64,000 nt of DNA from Cyanophora paradoxa CCMP329 (lineage: Eukaryota > Plantae > Glaucophyta). The translations under genes were made by a program, and so were the position numbers. How positions within the stretch are numbered: the stretch's first letter is position 1; each line of letters starts with the position of its first letter. Under the pieces are notes generated by a model. It did no database searches. It was given only the letters and a program-made list of their open reading frames with translations, and was not told the DNA's origin. The stretch is from contig QPMI01000023.1 of the NCBI GenBank assembly GCA_004431415.1, positions 124,001-188,000 on the forward strand. The letters are read 5' to 3'. Shown one piece after another: positions 23,831 through 35,491 of this stretch.

Positions 23831-26800
23831 CTAGACGCGGCCGCGGCCCAGCATGGTGCTCCAGGCCGGCCGCTCCGACCCGTCCATGCTCCCCGCGAAC
23901 GCGTTGTCCTCGAGGATGCGGTGGCCCGAGCCGCCCACCCGCGCCCCGCAGTCGATGCACGTTGAGACCTGCCCCGCGGCCGGACTGGTCAGCCTCGCGA
24001 TTGATATCAACCACTTGCGCATGCTGCAAGATTCCTTTTACTTTATTTTGAGCGGAGGTATAATCACCTGCATTGCACCGCCGCACTCTCCAATGAAGTA
24101 TGGGTGTCCGTTCCTACGTTCAGGGTCCGGATTTCGATGAGCTACACATTGGGCGCAATTTCCTTTATTAGATTAGAAGTCACGAGCGCACGGGCACGTG
24201 AACCAGCGACCCCCGGCAAACGAGGCGCTGACCTCCACGCGCATTGCCTCCACAACCTGAAGAAATTATATGGAACGACGGAGACAAGTACAGTGAAACT
24301 GAAAAGTTAATCTCACTTCGGCACGGGCCCGCTGAAGGGCGACTTGCGCGATTTTGCGCTTCACATTCTCAATGTGGACCAGCAGCGGCTTGATCACGTT
24401 TCCGTACCTGCAATATTAATAGAATGTTCAACAACATCGTCTTGCATTGATTGCATAATAAGCATTCTGGCGCGTACCGCAGGGCGCGGCGGACGGGCTT
24501 GCGGCATGTGGGGCAGTCCTTGAGCCTGACGCTGACGTGCCCGTCGCTCGTGGCCGTGTCCCGCCGAAACATGTACTCGTCCAGCGCGTCCAGGGCAAAT
24601 CTGATCGTAATTAATATTTTAGGATACGTTGATTCCGTATTGATAATCGTGATCATATACATGAGCTCTAGATCTAGTTGACGTTGGAAGGAAAAGCACT
24701 CACACGTGCCCGCACTCGAGGCGGTAAATGAGATCCCCGCGCTCCATCTCGCCAATCGTCATCTGCAAGGCAGTTAACGTTAAAGCTTTTGGATCCGGAA
24801 CTCAAATTCGTGAAAAGGCACCAGAGTGATCGAGTCCGTGTGGCCGGGTTCGCAGGTCGGGCAGGGCGGGCACGGCTCCCCGCAGACCCCGCGGCACTGG
24901 AGCGAATAATATTAATGGGTAAGATACAGTTCAAAACTGGAATCAAAGTCGAACCTTGTGGCGGCACGACAGGCGCTTCTGGCATCGCTTGTTGCAGACC
25001 GGGCGGTCACAAAGCTCGTAGCACAACTTAGAGCACGAGTGGTGGCTGCGTACGCGCTCAAATAATTTAACCATTGAATTAAACCAAAGCACGAAAGCGC
25101 GTGCGCTTTATCTGGGCCCAGACTCATGTGCATACCTGCATTTCCAGCGGCACGGCTCGCGGCATGGCAGACAAAGCTCGCCGCACTTGTTTCGGCACCG
25201 CTGACGGTGCACACACCCGTTCTCGCACGGCTCTTGGTACGCCGTCGTGCAGGCTTCACTGCAGCGACCCTTGCAATTGTGGCCGCACAAGAGCGCCTTC
25301 TTGCAGCCCTGCGTGCAGGCGAGGTGCTCCGCGTTTCCGTGGCACGATCCGCTGCATCCGAGCAATTGCAACATGATCAGCTGCAATTTCGAGGTGATTC
25401 AAAATTGAACACGACAGATTTAGAGTCCTCTACCAGGTGCCCGGGCACGGGTGCCCGCAGCCGAGCGTCGCGTCGCACTTGGCCGCGCACGCCGCGTCGG
25501 AGGAGCACGGGGCTTCCTTCGCGTGCGCGGGGATGCCGCACGCGAACGTCTTCAGAACCGAAACGCGGCAAGGCCTTCCGCAGCAAAAGAAAAGCAGTTA
25601 GCAAGCAAAACCGCTTGTACATTATTAATTATATCTAATATTTATTCTTCAAAGCTTCAATTCGTACCCACAGGGGCGTTTTCCGCAGGACTCGGTGCAC
25701 TGGTGATTGCAGCCCAGGTGCACTTTCTCGCACTTGGATGTGCAGAAGGCGATCGCAGGATTCTGTCGAGCCACATATGGATGAGTCATATTAGTTTCAA
25801 GCTCTAGCAAAATCTAGATCTCGCCTTTGCGCATTCGAGAAGCATCGTGTGGCCGCAGCCGCCGAGGGGCTTCTCGACCAGCATTCCGCAGGGAGGGCAC
25901 GGCCGGCCGTGGTGGCATGGCCGCGCGCACTGGTGATCGCACTCCTCGTACGACTCTTTGCACGTCTTGCGGCAGCGGCGACCTGTGCGTATATATGCGA
26001 AGGTCGATTAAACCAAATAAGCACGAGGTCGGGCGCACCGTCGTGGGAGTCGGGGTGGCAAAGCTCGTCACAGACGTGCCCGCAGGCGAGCTGCTCGCCG
26101 CACGGGAGCGTGCAGCCGCCGTGCCGGACCGCAGCAAAATCCCACGGCGACGAGACGAGCCGCTTCTGCTCGGGGTGCTTCTGGCAGACGAGCTCGAGCT
26201 GGCGGCCGATGGAGGCGCGCCCGCCCGCCTCGGCCTCGAAATCCCCATCCCGCGCGGCCTCGACGATGCCGGACCAGATCGGGCTCTGCTCCGCAAGGAA
26301 GCCGAAGTTGCCGAAGACGAACAGGCCCTTGCGGGCGCGGCTGAGGGACACGATGATGCGGTTGCGGATTCCGATGAAGCCGACGCGCTTCATCTCGTTG
26401 CTCCGCACGAGGGACAGGATCACGATGGTGTTCTCGTCGCCCTGAGAATCGATACTCGCGATGAATAATTATAATGTTATCGTTTCAATAAAATAGACCT
26501 GATAGTCGTCGACGGTGACGACTCGCACGTCTCCGAGATCCATTTGTTGGGCGAGGTGCCGAATGCGCCGGAATTGCGCGAGGTATGGGGTAAGCAATGT
26601 AATTTCGGTCGCCTGGTAGCCCTAGCGTGGATTTGGATGAATATCAGATTTGCAATGCCGATCTCGGTGATCTTAATTACAAGAAGAAGCTTGCCTGTTT
26701 AATGAGGTAGTCGGCCAGCCGGACTGCCATCTGCGCCTCATGTTCGTTGACCTTGGCGGACTTCGCGTCCGCGCCCCGGCGGGCGTTCGGCGACTGCGCG

Positions 26801-29800
26801 GCCTCCAGGCTGCTGTGGTCGATGAGGAAGAGGCTCGCCGCCGTCCCGCGGACGGGCTCGTGCCGCAGAACGCGCGGGTGGTCCTCAAGCTCGGGGTAGA
26901 AGCGCCGCGAGATTTCCGCGATTTCGGGGCGCATGCGGGCCTGCGAAACCTGTGAGGGAGAGCCAAACTCGACAACCAGAGCCGATGCATATGCGTTGTC
27001 AATCACCTGGCGGCGAAGCGTCGCCTTGGGGATACGAAGCTGAAGGAGGCGCTCGAACATCGAAATGTGGAATTTGTAATTCTTCTCGAGCTCAAAGCAG
27101 TTCACAGATGGCCGCAGCTGCTCGTGGTCCCTGCGAAGGATGTAATCATTAATTTTTTAGCGGGCGTTAAATGCATGCACAGGCCTAGGCCCAAGCTGGA
27201 CCGCACCCAATCATGATGACGTGCTGGACCGAGGGCGAGATGCACGAGAGGACCTGCGCCTCCAAAAGCTCCGCGGCCTCCTCGATCACGAGCTGCGCTC
27301 ATAAATATTGAGAACGACTGTCAGTCAACATTCAACGTCGACGAACCACGCTGGGGCGAAGCCGGACGATGAGGTCTCGATGCATCGCGGCCGCCGTGCT
27401 CGTCATCGCGACGAGCGGGCACGACCGGAGGACGCGCAGCTTCTGGTCGCTCTGCATCTGCTGGATCCGCGACGCGACTGCCTCGTACTCGTCCATTGCG
27501 TCCGCGAGCCGATCCTCTGCCTGCGTCAGGAGCAGGGAAGCAACCTGCGTGCGCGCGCAAATTTTTAAAATTAGCAAAACCCGAAACGGAGTCAATGAAT
27601 GACAGAGACCGACGCGCCGAGGAGACGATGCGCCTGCGGGACTCGAGCGGCATGTCCCAAAGCGACTCAATGTGCTCTTCGCCGGCGAGGGCAAGCCGGA
27701 TGTTGTCGACGGCGTCCTCCTGTTCATACAGCATCTCGTCAATGTATTCGGAGCGGACGAACTCGGCGGACGCGCTCGGGGCAGCTGCAGCGCGGCGGTG
27801 CGGGATGCGCAGCTGCTCGCCGTCCATGTGCCGCTCGTCGTCGACACGCGCGAGGTGGTCGTCGAGCTCGCGGGGCCGATCGTTTTCAGAACGCGGCCCC
27901 TCAAGCTCGCCGTCAGCTGCCGTTGCGACGTCGACTGCAGCTGCAGCAATTGCAAGCGGCGTTGCCTCGTGATCATCGCGGCTATCTGCATCGACGTCGA
28001 CGTCGGCGTTGCTTGAGCTCAGATCTAGAGCCCGAGATCCTGCTGGCCCAGGGTCGTTGGCCGTGCGCGTCAGCTGCTCGCCGTCAGCTGCAGCTGCCGT
28101 TGCGACGCGTACGTCGACTACAGGTGCAAGAAGCGGCTGAACGGCATCATTGCTGTTGCTCAGATCTAGAGCCCGAGAGCCTCCAGTTCCGGATCCGGTA
28201 TCTGCTGGCCCAGAGTCGTAGGCTGTGCGCGTAGATCTAGAGCTGCCAACGTCGACGCCGGGGCCGGTACTAGTACTGGTGCCGGCGTCAACAACCTGCC
28301 AGTCGGCACGGTTGGCGTGACGGTGGTACTCGTCGTACAGCGAGAGGACCCGCGCGTTGCGCTCGCTCTCCCTCTGCGCCTCGATCTCTGCAGACGACGT
28401 CGACGAGCCAGTGTCGTCGTCGGCCTCGAGCTCCTCGGCGCCGTCTTCGAATTCTCCGCCAGGCTCTGCATGCACGAGGATGACGGTCAGCTGCAGTAAA
28501 TTAAATAGGATGACGCTTATATAATGAACATGGTACTCTTATAATGAACACGGAAAGTTTAGGAAAATCCACAATTGCAAACCGTCCGCAGGCACAGCAA
28601 GGGCGTCGAACGGGTTCTGCAGCGCGACGGGTGCATGTCGCTGCCTTGCGTTGAGCGCTTCCTCCCGCCGGCGTTCTAGCTCGTTATGCGCGGCCCTGAC
28701 CGCCTCCTCCTCTGTTCCACGAGCCCAGATGTAACATGCCTGCACCAACGAGGTTGGGCGGATCTGCTCATATTCCGCAGGCATTGCGGGGATCTGCAAG
28801 CACGGGCCATCAACGTTAACAAATCCGAAACGGTCAAATTTAATTCAACTCTGCTCACGCGGGCGAGGTCCTCGCGCTGCGACTCGGAGAGTATGTGGAG
28901 GAGCATTTGCGCGTGCGAATGCGAGATTTGCCAGCCGGCGTCGGCAGCATTCGCGATCGCGCGCCGGCCGCGCAGGGTCTCCGCGAGATGCGCGACGCGC
29001 TCCGCGATGGCCTCGAGCCTCTCCATAGATACGGCCCTTATGATGATAATGAAGATCAGAAGCCTTAATAATAATATGCATATGAATATGGAGCACAGCA
29101 GCTGAACGGCCGCACCAGTCGATGCGCTCCACATTTGTGCGAACGGTGCGGCTGGCTGACTGAAGGGCGGAGAGCATGCGTTCCTAGAATAATCTCAGTC
29201 AGCGGTCCGAATGCTTTGAGATAACGGCTGCCTCGTCACCAACCTTTAGGCGAAGGTCGTCCGTGCGACTGCGGCCTCCCACGCGAACCAGCTCCGGAAT
29301 ATGCGGAAGCAGATCCGACGCAAATTCTGTTCGAATGAAGAAGTTTAATGCCATTCGCGATCGGTTTTAATGAGCGGTGTTGAATGAAATCCTGCGAAAT
29401 TAAATCGGCTGGGCCCGCGGGCACCGTCAAGGGCGTGATTGGTGTAGCAAATGACGAGGATCGGGCCCGGTCCTCGGGTTGAATCCAGGCGCTGCTTCTC
29501 CAGCACACTGTTGAGAATCTGCACGAGCTTGACCCCGACGAAGGACTTTCCAGTGCCAGGAGGCCCTGAAACAAAGCGCGTTTCAGCCGCTAAAATTGTA
29601 GGGCGCGAAGTGCTTGCAATTGGCGGACCTTGTACAACAGCGACCTTGTGCGTGAGCATGTGGCGAATGGCGGCAAGCTGACTCGCGTCCGGTATCGGAG
29701 TGAGCGCCTCGGGTGAGCGCCTCGGGATCGGGATCGGCGGCGGGATCGTCGGTGTTGGCGAGCTCGTGCACGTGCGGCCAGCGCCCAACGAGGGGACCCT

Positions 29801-32800
29801 CGACCCCCTCAAGCCGGCGCAGCGGTTCGCCGGCCTTCGTGTACAGGCACGACATGTCGAGCGGGCCCGCGCGGCGAAGGTACTCGGGAATGTCGTCCGC
29901 GCCGTCCCCCTACACACGGTTCGAATATAATTCGGGCGGATTTCCAGAAAAGCATGCGCAACTCTAGAGTATATTTCTAGAAAGCTGGCGCACCTCGAGC
30001 AGGACGCTGGCGAAGGGGAGGCTGTCGGGGTCGATCGCCTGGAGCGCCTTCAGGACGGGCTCCGTCGCCCCGAAGAAGCACGGCGCCTCGATCATGAGGT
30101 ACCTGCCCCGACCCGCAGAAATTGAACGCGCGCATGTGCACAAGGGCATAATTATAGCAGGATCTAAAGCATTTTATAGATTATTCCAAGGGCACGCACG
30201 TGTCTTCCCACGAGAAGGCGTGCAGGTTCGCCCTGTCGATGAAATTGATGTCGATTCTCCCGTACTGCGTAATCGTACGCGCGATCGCAGATGTAGATGA
30301 GAATGTGAAGAGGGAGCATACATTAAAAAACCTATATACATGACGCGATAGGATATACTAATCAAATATATATGGTTTAAACCAGTCGTGAGCATCGAGA
30401 AGCATTCGATAAATATAAACGAGTTAAATGTCTCACCGTGGAGCTCTGCAGGTCCGACAGCTCCCGCCTAGCGACCGTCGCGAAGACTACTCGCTCGAAG
30501 GGAAGGCTCCCGGGACGGACGGGCGTGAGGCACAGCAGCTGGCCGTAAGTGAGCGCATCCGACTCGGCCCACTCGACCTGCGCATGCGGCGTGAATTTAA
30601 ATCCGCTCTTCGAATTCTTTACTCCGCGATTGCGAGAAACTTTTTCAGTGCGCACCTCATCGCCGGGCTCCAGTCCGAACGAAATTTGCACGTTCATCCA
30701 GCCGTCTCGGCTGTGCCAATTGCAAGATAAGAAAGAATCCGGATCTACAGAAATTGAAATACTAATCGCACCCGACGAGAGGCTTTATCGGACGAACGTT
30801 GATGTACTTGCGGACGCTCACCTCCGGATCCGCCAACGATCGCGGCGGCCCCGCTCGCTCGCGCCCCTCGGCGGCGGAGCGGATGGTCCCGGCTGCCGTG
30901 CGGAGGGAAGCGCAGAAATCTTCGCGCAGAAGCCGGAAGTGCGTGTCGAGGTACCTGCGAGCCCCGACGACGTCAAACGCAGTTGCAGGCCTTATTCGAA
31001 TAATATATATTATTAAAAGCTAAATTTCAACAGCATCCAGCTGCAGTTGTACGTATATATCCATACCTCCGAGCCGAGGGCCAGATGCTCCCGACCAGGT
31101 TCTCCCGGAGGAAGGGATCCGCCCTCCCCGCTGAAAAACGAGATAGATCGAGATGTCAGCTGCGCATGCATTCCGATTTCAGAAGCTGAGGCCGCGCACA
31201 GGCGAGGTCCTCGGCCGACGGCAGGAGGCGCTCCGCGCGGTAGTCGTTCTCTGCTTGCGCGATCGCATCGTCGTCGTCGGCCGTGTGGCCACGCAAAGGC
31301 GCCAGACGCCCCGCGCGAGATCGGCCCATCATCTGCACATGCGTTTCGCGGTCGCGACCGGCCTCATGATCAGATTGAATTCTTTGGACAAGACGGACCC
31401 GCTCCGCTGCGCTCCGGCGCTCGTCCAAGGCACGGGCTCGCGACCGCAGTTCGAGGACGAGGCGCGCGGCAAAGCGCTGGACCTGCTGGTCGATCGCCGC
31501 GCGCAGGTCGGCCAGCGGGAGCCGCGTGCAGCTGTCCGGGACGCGCTGCAAGCACTGCTCCATGACAAAAAGCGCATCCTGCGCGGTCGAAACAAAGGAG
31601 ATAATTAAGAAATTTATTAAATGATCGTTTTCATCGTTCAGCGATTTATTTTAAATTGCGACGAGTTGAACTGCGGCGGTTGCCCTTGCTGGCGACTTCG
31701 AACTTGCCTGTAGAGTCACCCCTCGGGGGTCGCTGCGAAGGAGCCTCGGAATCGCCCCATTAAGGAAGCTCACGCTTGGATCTGGGACGTACAGATTAAA
31801 TTTCAAACATAGAGTACATGCAAATATTAACGAAAGCGCGGCTGACCGCAGACGTAGGCGTACGCCTCGTTGACCTTGTACTGGAGGTCTGCCTCCTGCA
31901 CGGCCGCGCTCGCGAGGATGCGGAGCACCCGGTCGGCGAGTTGGGGCGGAGCCCCGCCTGGCTGTTAATCAAAGCAGTAATGAGCGAATCTTCTTTGGAC
32001 GAGAATCGCGGCGAGCTCGAGCGTACGAAGTTCAGGATGCCCTGCAGCTTCTGGCCCCTGCGGTCGAAGAGCGCGTCCAGAAAGCTGCCCCGCGAATCAG
32101 GGTCCTCGACCTGCTCCAGCAGTCCATCGAGCCAGCGCAGCATTGCGCCCTCCGAGTGCCAGACCCACGGCGCCGGGGCCGGGGCCGACGTCGACGGCCG
32201 TGCAGGCGCGGGTGAAGTCCCGCCCGCGGAAGCTCGCAAACCAGCGCCAGCGCCAGGCCTTCCGTGGAAAGGAGCCGCCGCTGTCCGAAAATAGAGTAAT
32301 TATAAGCAGCATGAATTTGCATCGTGCACGCGGGAGTTGTAAATGGTGCGATGTGCGCGCACCGAAGCTTCCGGCAGCGGCGCCGGCGCCGGCGCCGGCG
32401 CAGGCACCGGCGGGACGCGCTGCGCGCAGCTGTTCCTGCTCTCGGTCCCCAGGATGCAGGAAATTGCAGGCAGCTCCGCTTTGGCACCGTCCCCCCGCGT
32501 CGAAGAACCGGCAGATGCGCTCGGCGCCGGGGCCGCGCGGGGCGGGCGAGAGAAAACCACCGCCGCGGCCGGCGCCAGCGCCCCTACCAACTCCAAGACC
32601 CGGCGGCCGGGGCCTGCTCTCCGCTAAAGCAGTCGCGCCTGCGCGCGAAATTTTCAGCTCGAGCCGCAGCCGGCCGCGGGCCGGGGCATCCATGGGCAGT
32701 GAATCTCACCCGTCACGCCCACGCCCACGTCGTGCGCGAAATTGCACGCTTCGCCGTTCCTGCATGAACCCATCTCTCCCGTCCAATAGCGGCACGGGCG

Positions 32801-32916
32801 TCGACCTGCGCTCGTGCACCAACCCGCGGTGACCGCTGTCAGCTCAGCCCGCAGCCGCGGCATGCGCAGGCCGCGGCCGCGTGCGCGGAAGGCGCCCGCG
32901 CACGGAATGACTGCAT
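23831..32916 (-). CDS. ZNFX1: ZNFX1-like protein: 2x CCCH fingers, UPF1-like SF1 helicase, NF-X1 zinc fingers, RING-like domain, C-terminal RZ finger
   Basis: MQSF-RRRPCRYWTGEMGSCRNGEACNFAH; CRFFDAGGRCQSGAACNFLH; VVQ-GPPGTGKS; ILVICYTNHALD; LVIEEAAELLEA..IMIG-DHEQLRP; ISMFERL; RMRPEI; NEHEA; TVDDYQ-GDENTIVILSLVRSN..VSLSRARKGLFVFGN; GGCTLPCGEQLACGHVC; LECGHV-FALDALDEYM..CPTCRKPVRRALRYG; WFTCP-NGHPYFIGECGGAMQ-VSTCIDCGARVGGSGH..MDGSERPAWS. Confidence 0.93.
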
Positions 32917-33057
32917 TTCGCCGACCTCCTGCGCACGCAACGATTCTGCAGCTGACTTAAGCCTGTGCAGCAGCGGGCGACGATTGTCGGACAAATCCTC
33001 GAGCTCTTTCGTTCGAGTCTTCGGTCGAATCGAACGTTTTTTTAACTGCGACCGTTG

Positions 33058-35491
33058 TACCCCATTGCGTATTTTCCATCCAACAGGTTGCTCGCGCTCG
33101 GTGCGATCTTGAGGAGGCTGACATTGATGCACCTTCTTACAACCGCGCCGCGCTTGTTGCCGCCTGGGACAGAAATATGTCGTACCTCGAGTTCACCCTT
33201 CCGCAGGCTTCGGCCTTGTTGGAGGAGCGGCGCGCTCGCTTGGCTGCTGCTGACGCTGATGATCAGGCTGCCTCGGATGATGACGCACATGATTCAGAGT
33301 CTGGTACCGGTTCTCATCGTTCTAGTTCAAGCTCTGATTCTGACTCGTCCGGCGCTCCTTCTTCGGGCGGTGCTGACAACCTCGTCTCTTCGCGTGACAT
33401 CGATTCTGTCCTCCGGAATCCTGCGGAGTTTGCCGTTCGTGGGAATGTCCCGTTGGGGATCCCTGGTGGTCGCCCGCCTCCTGCGCCGTCCCCTCCTGCT
33501 CTGGCCCCTGTAGTGACCCTTGGGCCCATTCCTATTCCTGCTCTCGCTGCCCCTCTCGACGCTCCTTTCCCCCCATTCCCTGCGGTCCCGATCCCTGTGC
33601 TCCTTGGCCCTCTGGCCCCGCCTCTGCCTCCTCCCTCCTTACAACTTGCTGTCACGGGGCCTCTTCACTTGCCTGTTCCCCGGCAGGTCCCTGGTCATCT
33701 TGCAGCTCCATACCCCTTCTTACCTCTTCCCCTTGCTCCTCCACTTCCGCCCCTGCGAGGCCCTCTTTCTGACGTCCTCCTGGTTCAGCCCCTCTTCAGC
33801 CCATCCTTCTTGCCCCCGCTTCTGCAACTGTGACGCTGGGCGGCACTATCTTTTTGCATGCCCCTACCGCCTCTACGTCCCCGGTCTCTTTGCATCTGCA
33901 TCCACTTTCCCGGATCCGCTTGCAGGCCCCCTCGCCTCCAGAGCTCGCCATCACTTCGGCCTCCCTCGCCTCCGCTCTCGATTCTCCATACCCTTCGAAT
34001 AGCCGCCTTCTCTCTCCTCCTCCGCCCTCCCTCCCCCCTCGAGCTCCGGGTCCTCGGCCTCTGCCCCGCTTCCGAGTGTTGGCGAGACTGTCCTCTTTTC
34101 GGTCTCCCCGTCATTCCGGCTCCCTGCTCCCCCTTCGGCGCCTCGGGTCCCATATGCGGGTCCTATCCCGCTTCCTGGCGCTCGTGAGATTCGCCGCCGG
34201 CGCCCTCGTCGGGCCCTTGCGCCCTCGAGCTCGTCTCTCTCTGCGCCGCCCATGGCCATGACCTCCGTGTCATCTGATCCGGCGCCACCCGACCTTTCTC
34301 CAGCTTCGCTGCCCTCTCTTCGGCGCCGGCAGCGATCCCCGTCACCTGCTCGCGGCCCTTCCCCTGCCTCCGACCCTTCCTCGGCCCCCTCCTCGCCTAG
34401 GCCTCTTCCGTCTCGTCGGCCCCCGCCGCATTCCCGTCGGCGGATCTCTCGATCGACCCTGGACTCTCCGCCTGCCACTGTCTGCGGGGTACCTCCGCCG
34501 CCGTGTTCGGCGCCGGCTGTCAGTACTTTGCTCGGTAGCTCCCCCGTCGTGGCTCCTCGGGGGCCTCTTCGTCGTCGTCGTTCGCTGGGTTCCGGCTCCG
34601 GGTCAGATTTCTCGCCGGGCTTACCTTCTCCTGGCTCTGCTCCTGGGCCCTCAGCTCCGGGACCGGCTTCCCCGATCTCCTCCCGGACTCGTGGTCGTAC
34701 CCGTCGCCGGCTTGCCGAGCCTGCGGCTCCTTCTACTTCCCCCGGCGGTTTGCCGGCCGGACCCTCCGGCCTTTGTTCTTGATACCGGACTGCCGCCTTT
34801 GCCTTCGTCTTCTGCTTCGCTGGTCGCGATCGTATCCCGCCGGCGCCGGCGTACTTCTTCGTCTTCTAGTTTAGTTCGGTCTGGTTCGGATTCTGATCGT
34901 AGTGTTGATGCTAGAGTTAGTTTCAATACTAGCTATAGTCCTCGTGCTCGACCTGTTGTTCGCCGTCGTTTGCAGTTCGATTGCCCGCCTCGACCCTGGC
35001 CGGCTTTAGTGATTCCTTTGACTGTCCTTTTGCCTGCTCTTGATCCGCCTGCTCCGCCTCCTGTGTCCTCCTCGACCTCGTGCCGTAGCTCTGCCCTTTC
35101 GCATCGTCCTGCTTCGCCTCCGCCTCCATGTCGTCTTGTTGTTCCTCTTACTTGTCTTCTTCCTGTTATTTATCTTTCTCAATTTTGTCCCCGCTTCTTA
35201 GTGATGTAATTCCTTCTGATATTGATGGTATCTCTAGCTCTGGCTCTTCTTCGTGTCAGTTATCCTCTGTCCCTAGATCTGCTCGATTTATCGTCTCTTC
35301 TCGCTATCGATCTGTCTCGAGCTCTGTGTCTTTCCTTTTTTATTGTCGATTTTGGCTCTTTGTCTTATCTTTCTTCGTGCTCTTGTCTTAGTTATTTTGC
35401 TTTTTTGTCTTTATGCCCCCTGGGCAGCCCCCGCAGTGCTGGTGTCTAGAGACTGTGGCCGGTAATTCACCAAAAAAAAAAATACCCCATT
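33058..35491 (+). mobile_element. 5'-truncated non-LTR retroelement insertion (33067-35482) with poly(A) tail and 9-bp target-site duplication
   Basis: TACCCCATT at 33058-33066 and again at 35483-35491, directly after A11 (35472-35482). The interior is A-poor and pyrimidine-rich, lacks the host intron pattern, and has a reading frame open from the 5' junction. Confidence 0.85.
33069..34002 (+). other. Residual coding sequence of the retroelement: acidic/Ser- and Pro-rich frame (33069-33833) overlapping a frame with a CCHC-like motif
   Basis: The frame VFSIQQVARARCDLEE...AAWDRNMSYLEF... is open from the junction. Frame 33520-34002 contains CPRFCNCDAGRHYLFACP. No RT or endonuclease motif was recognised. 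Confidence 0.45.

Noticed and set aside
33067-35482. Autonomous LINE, LTR or DIRS element
   Set aside because: No YxDD RT, RNase H, integrase, tyrosine recombinase or terminal repeats were recognised. Only TPRT hallmarks are supported.
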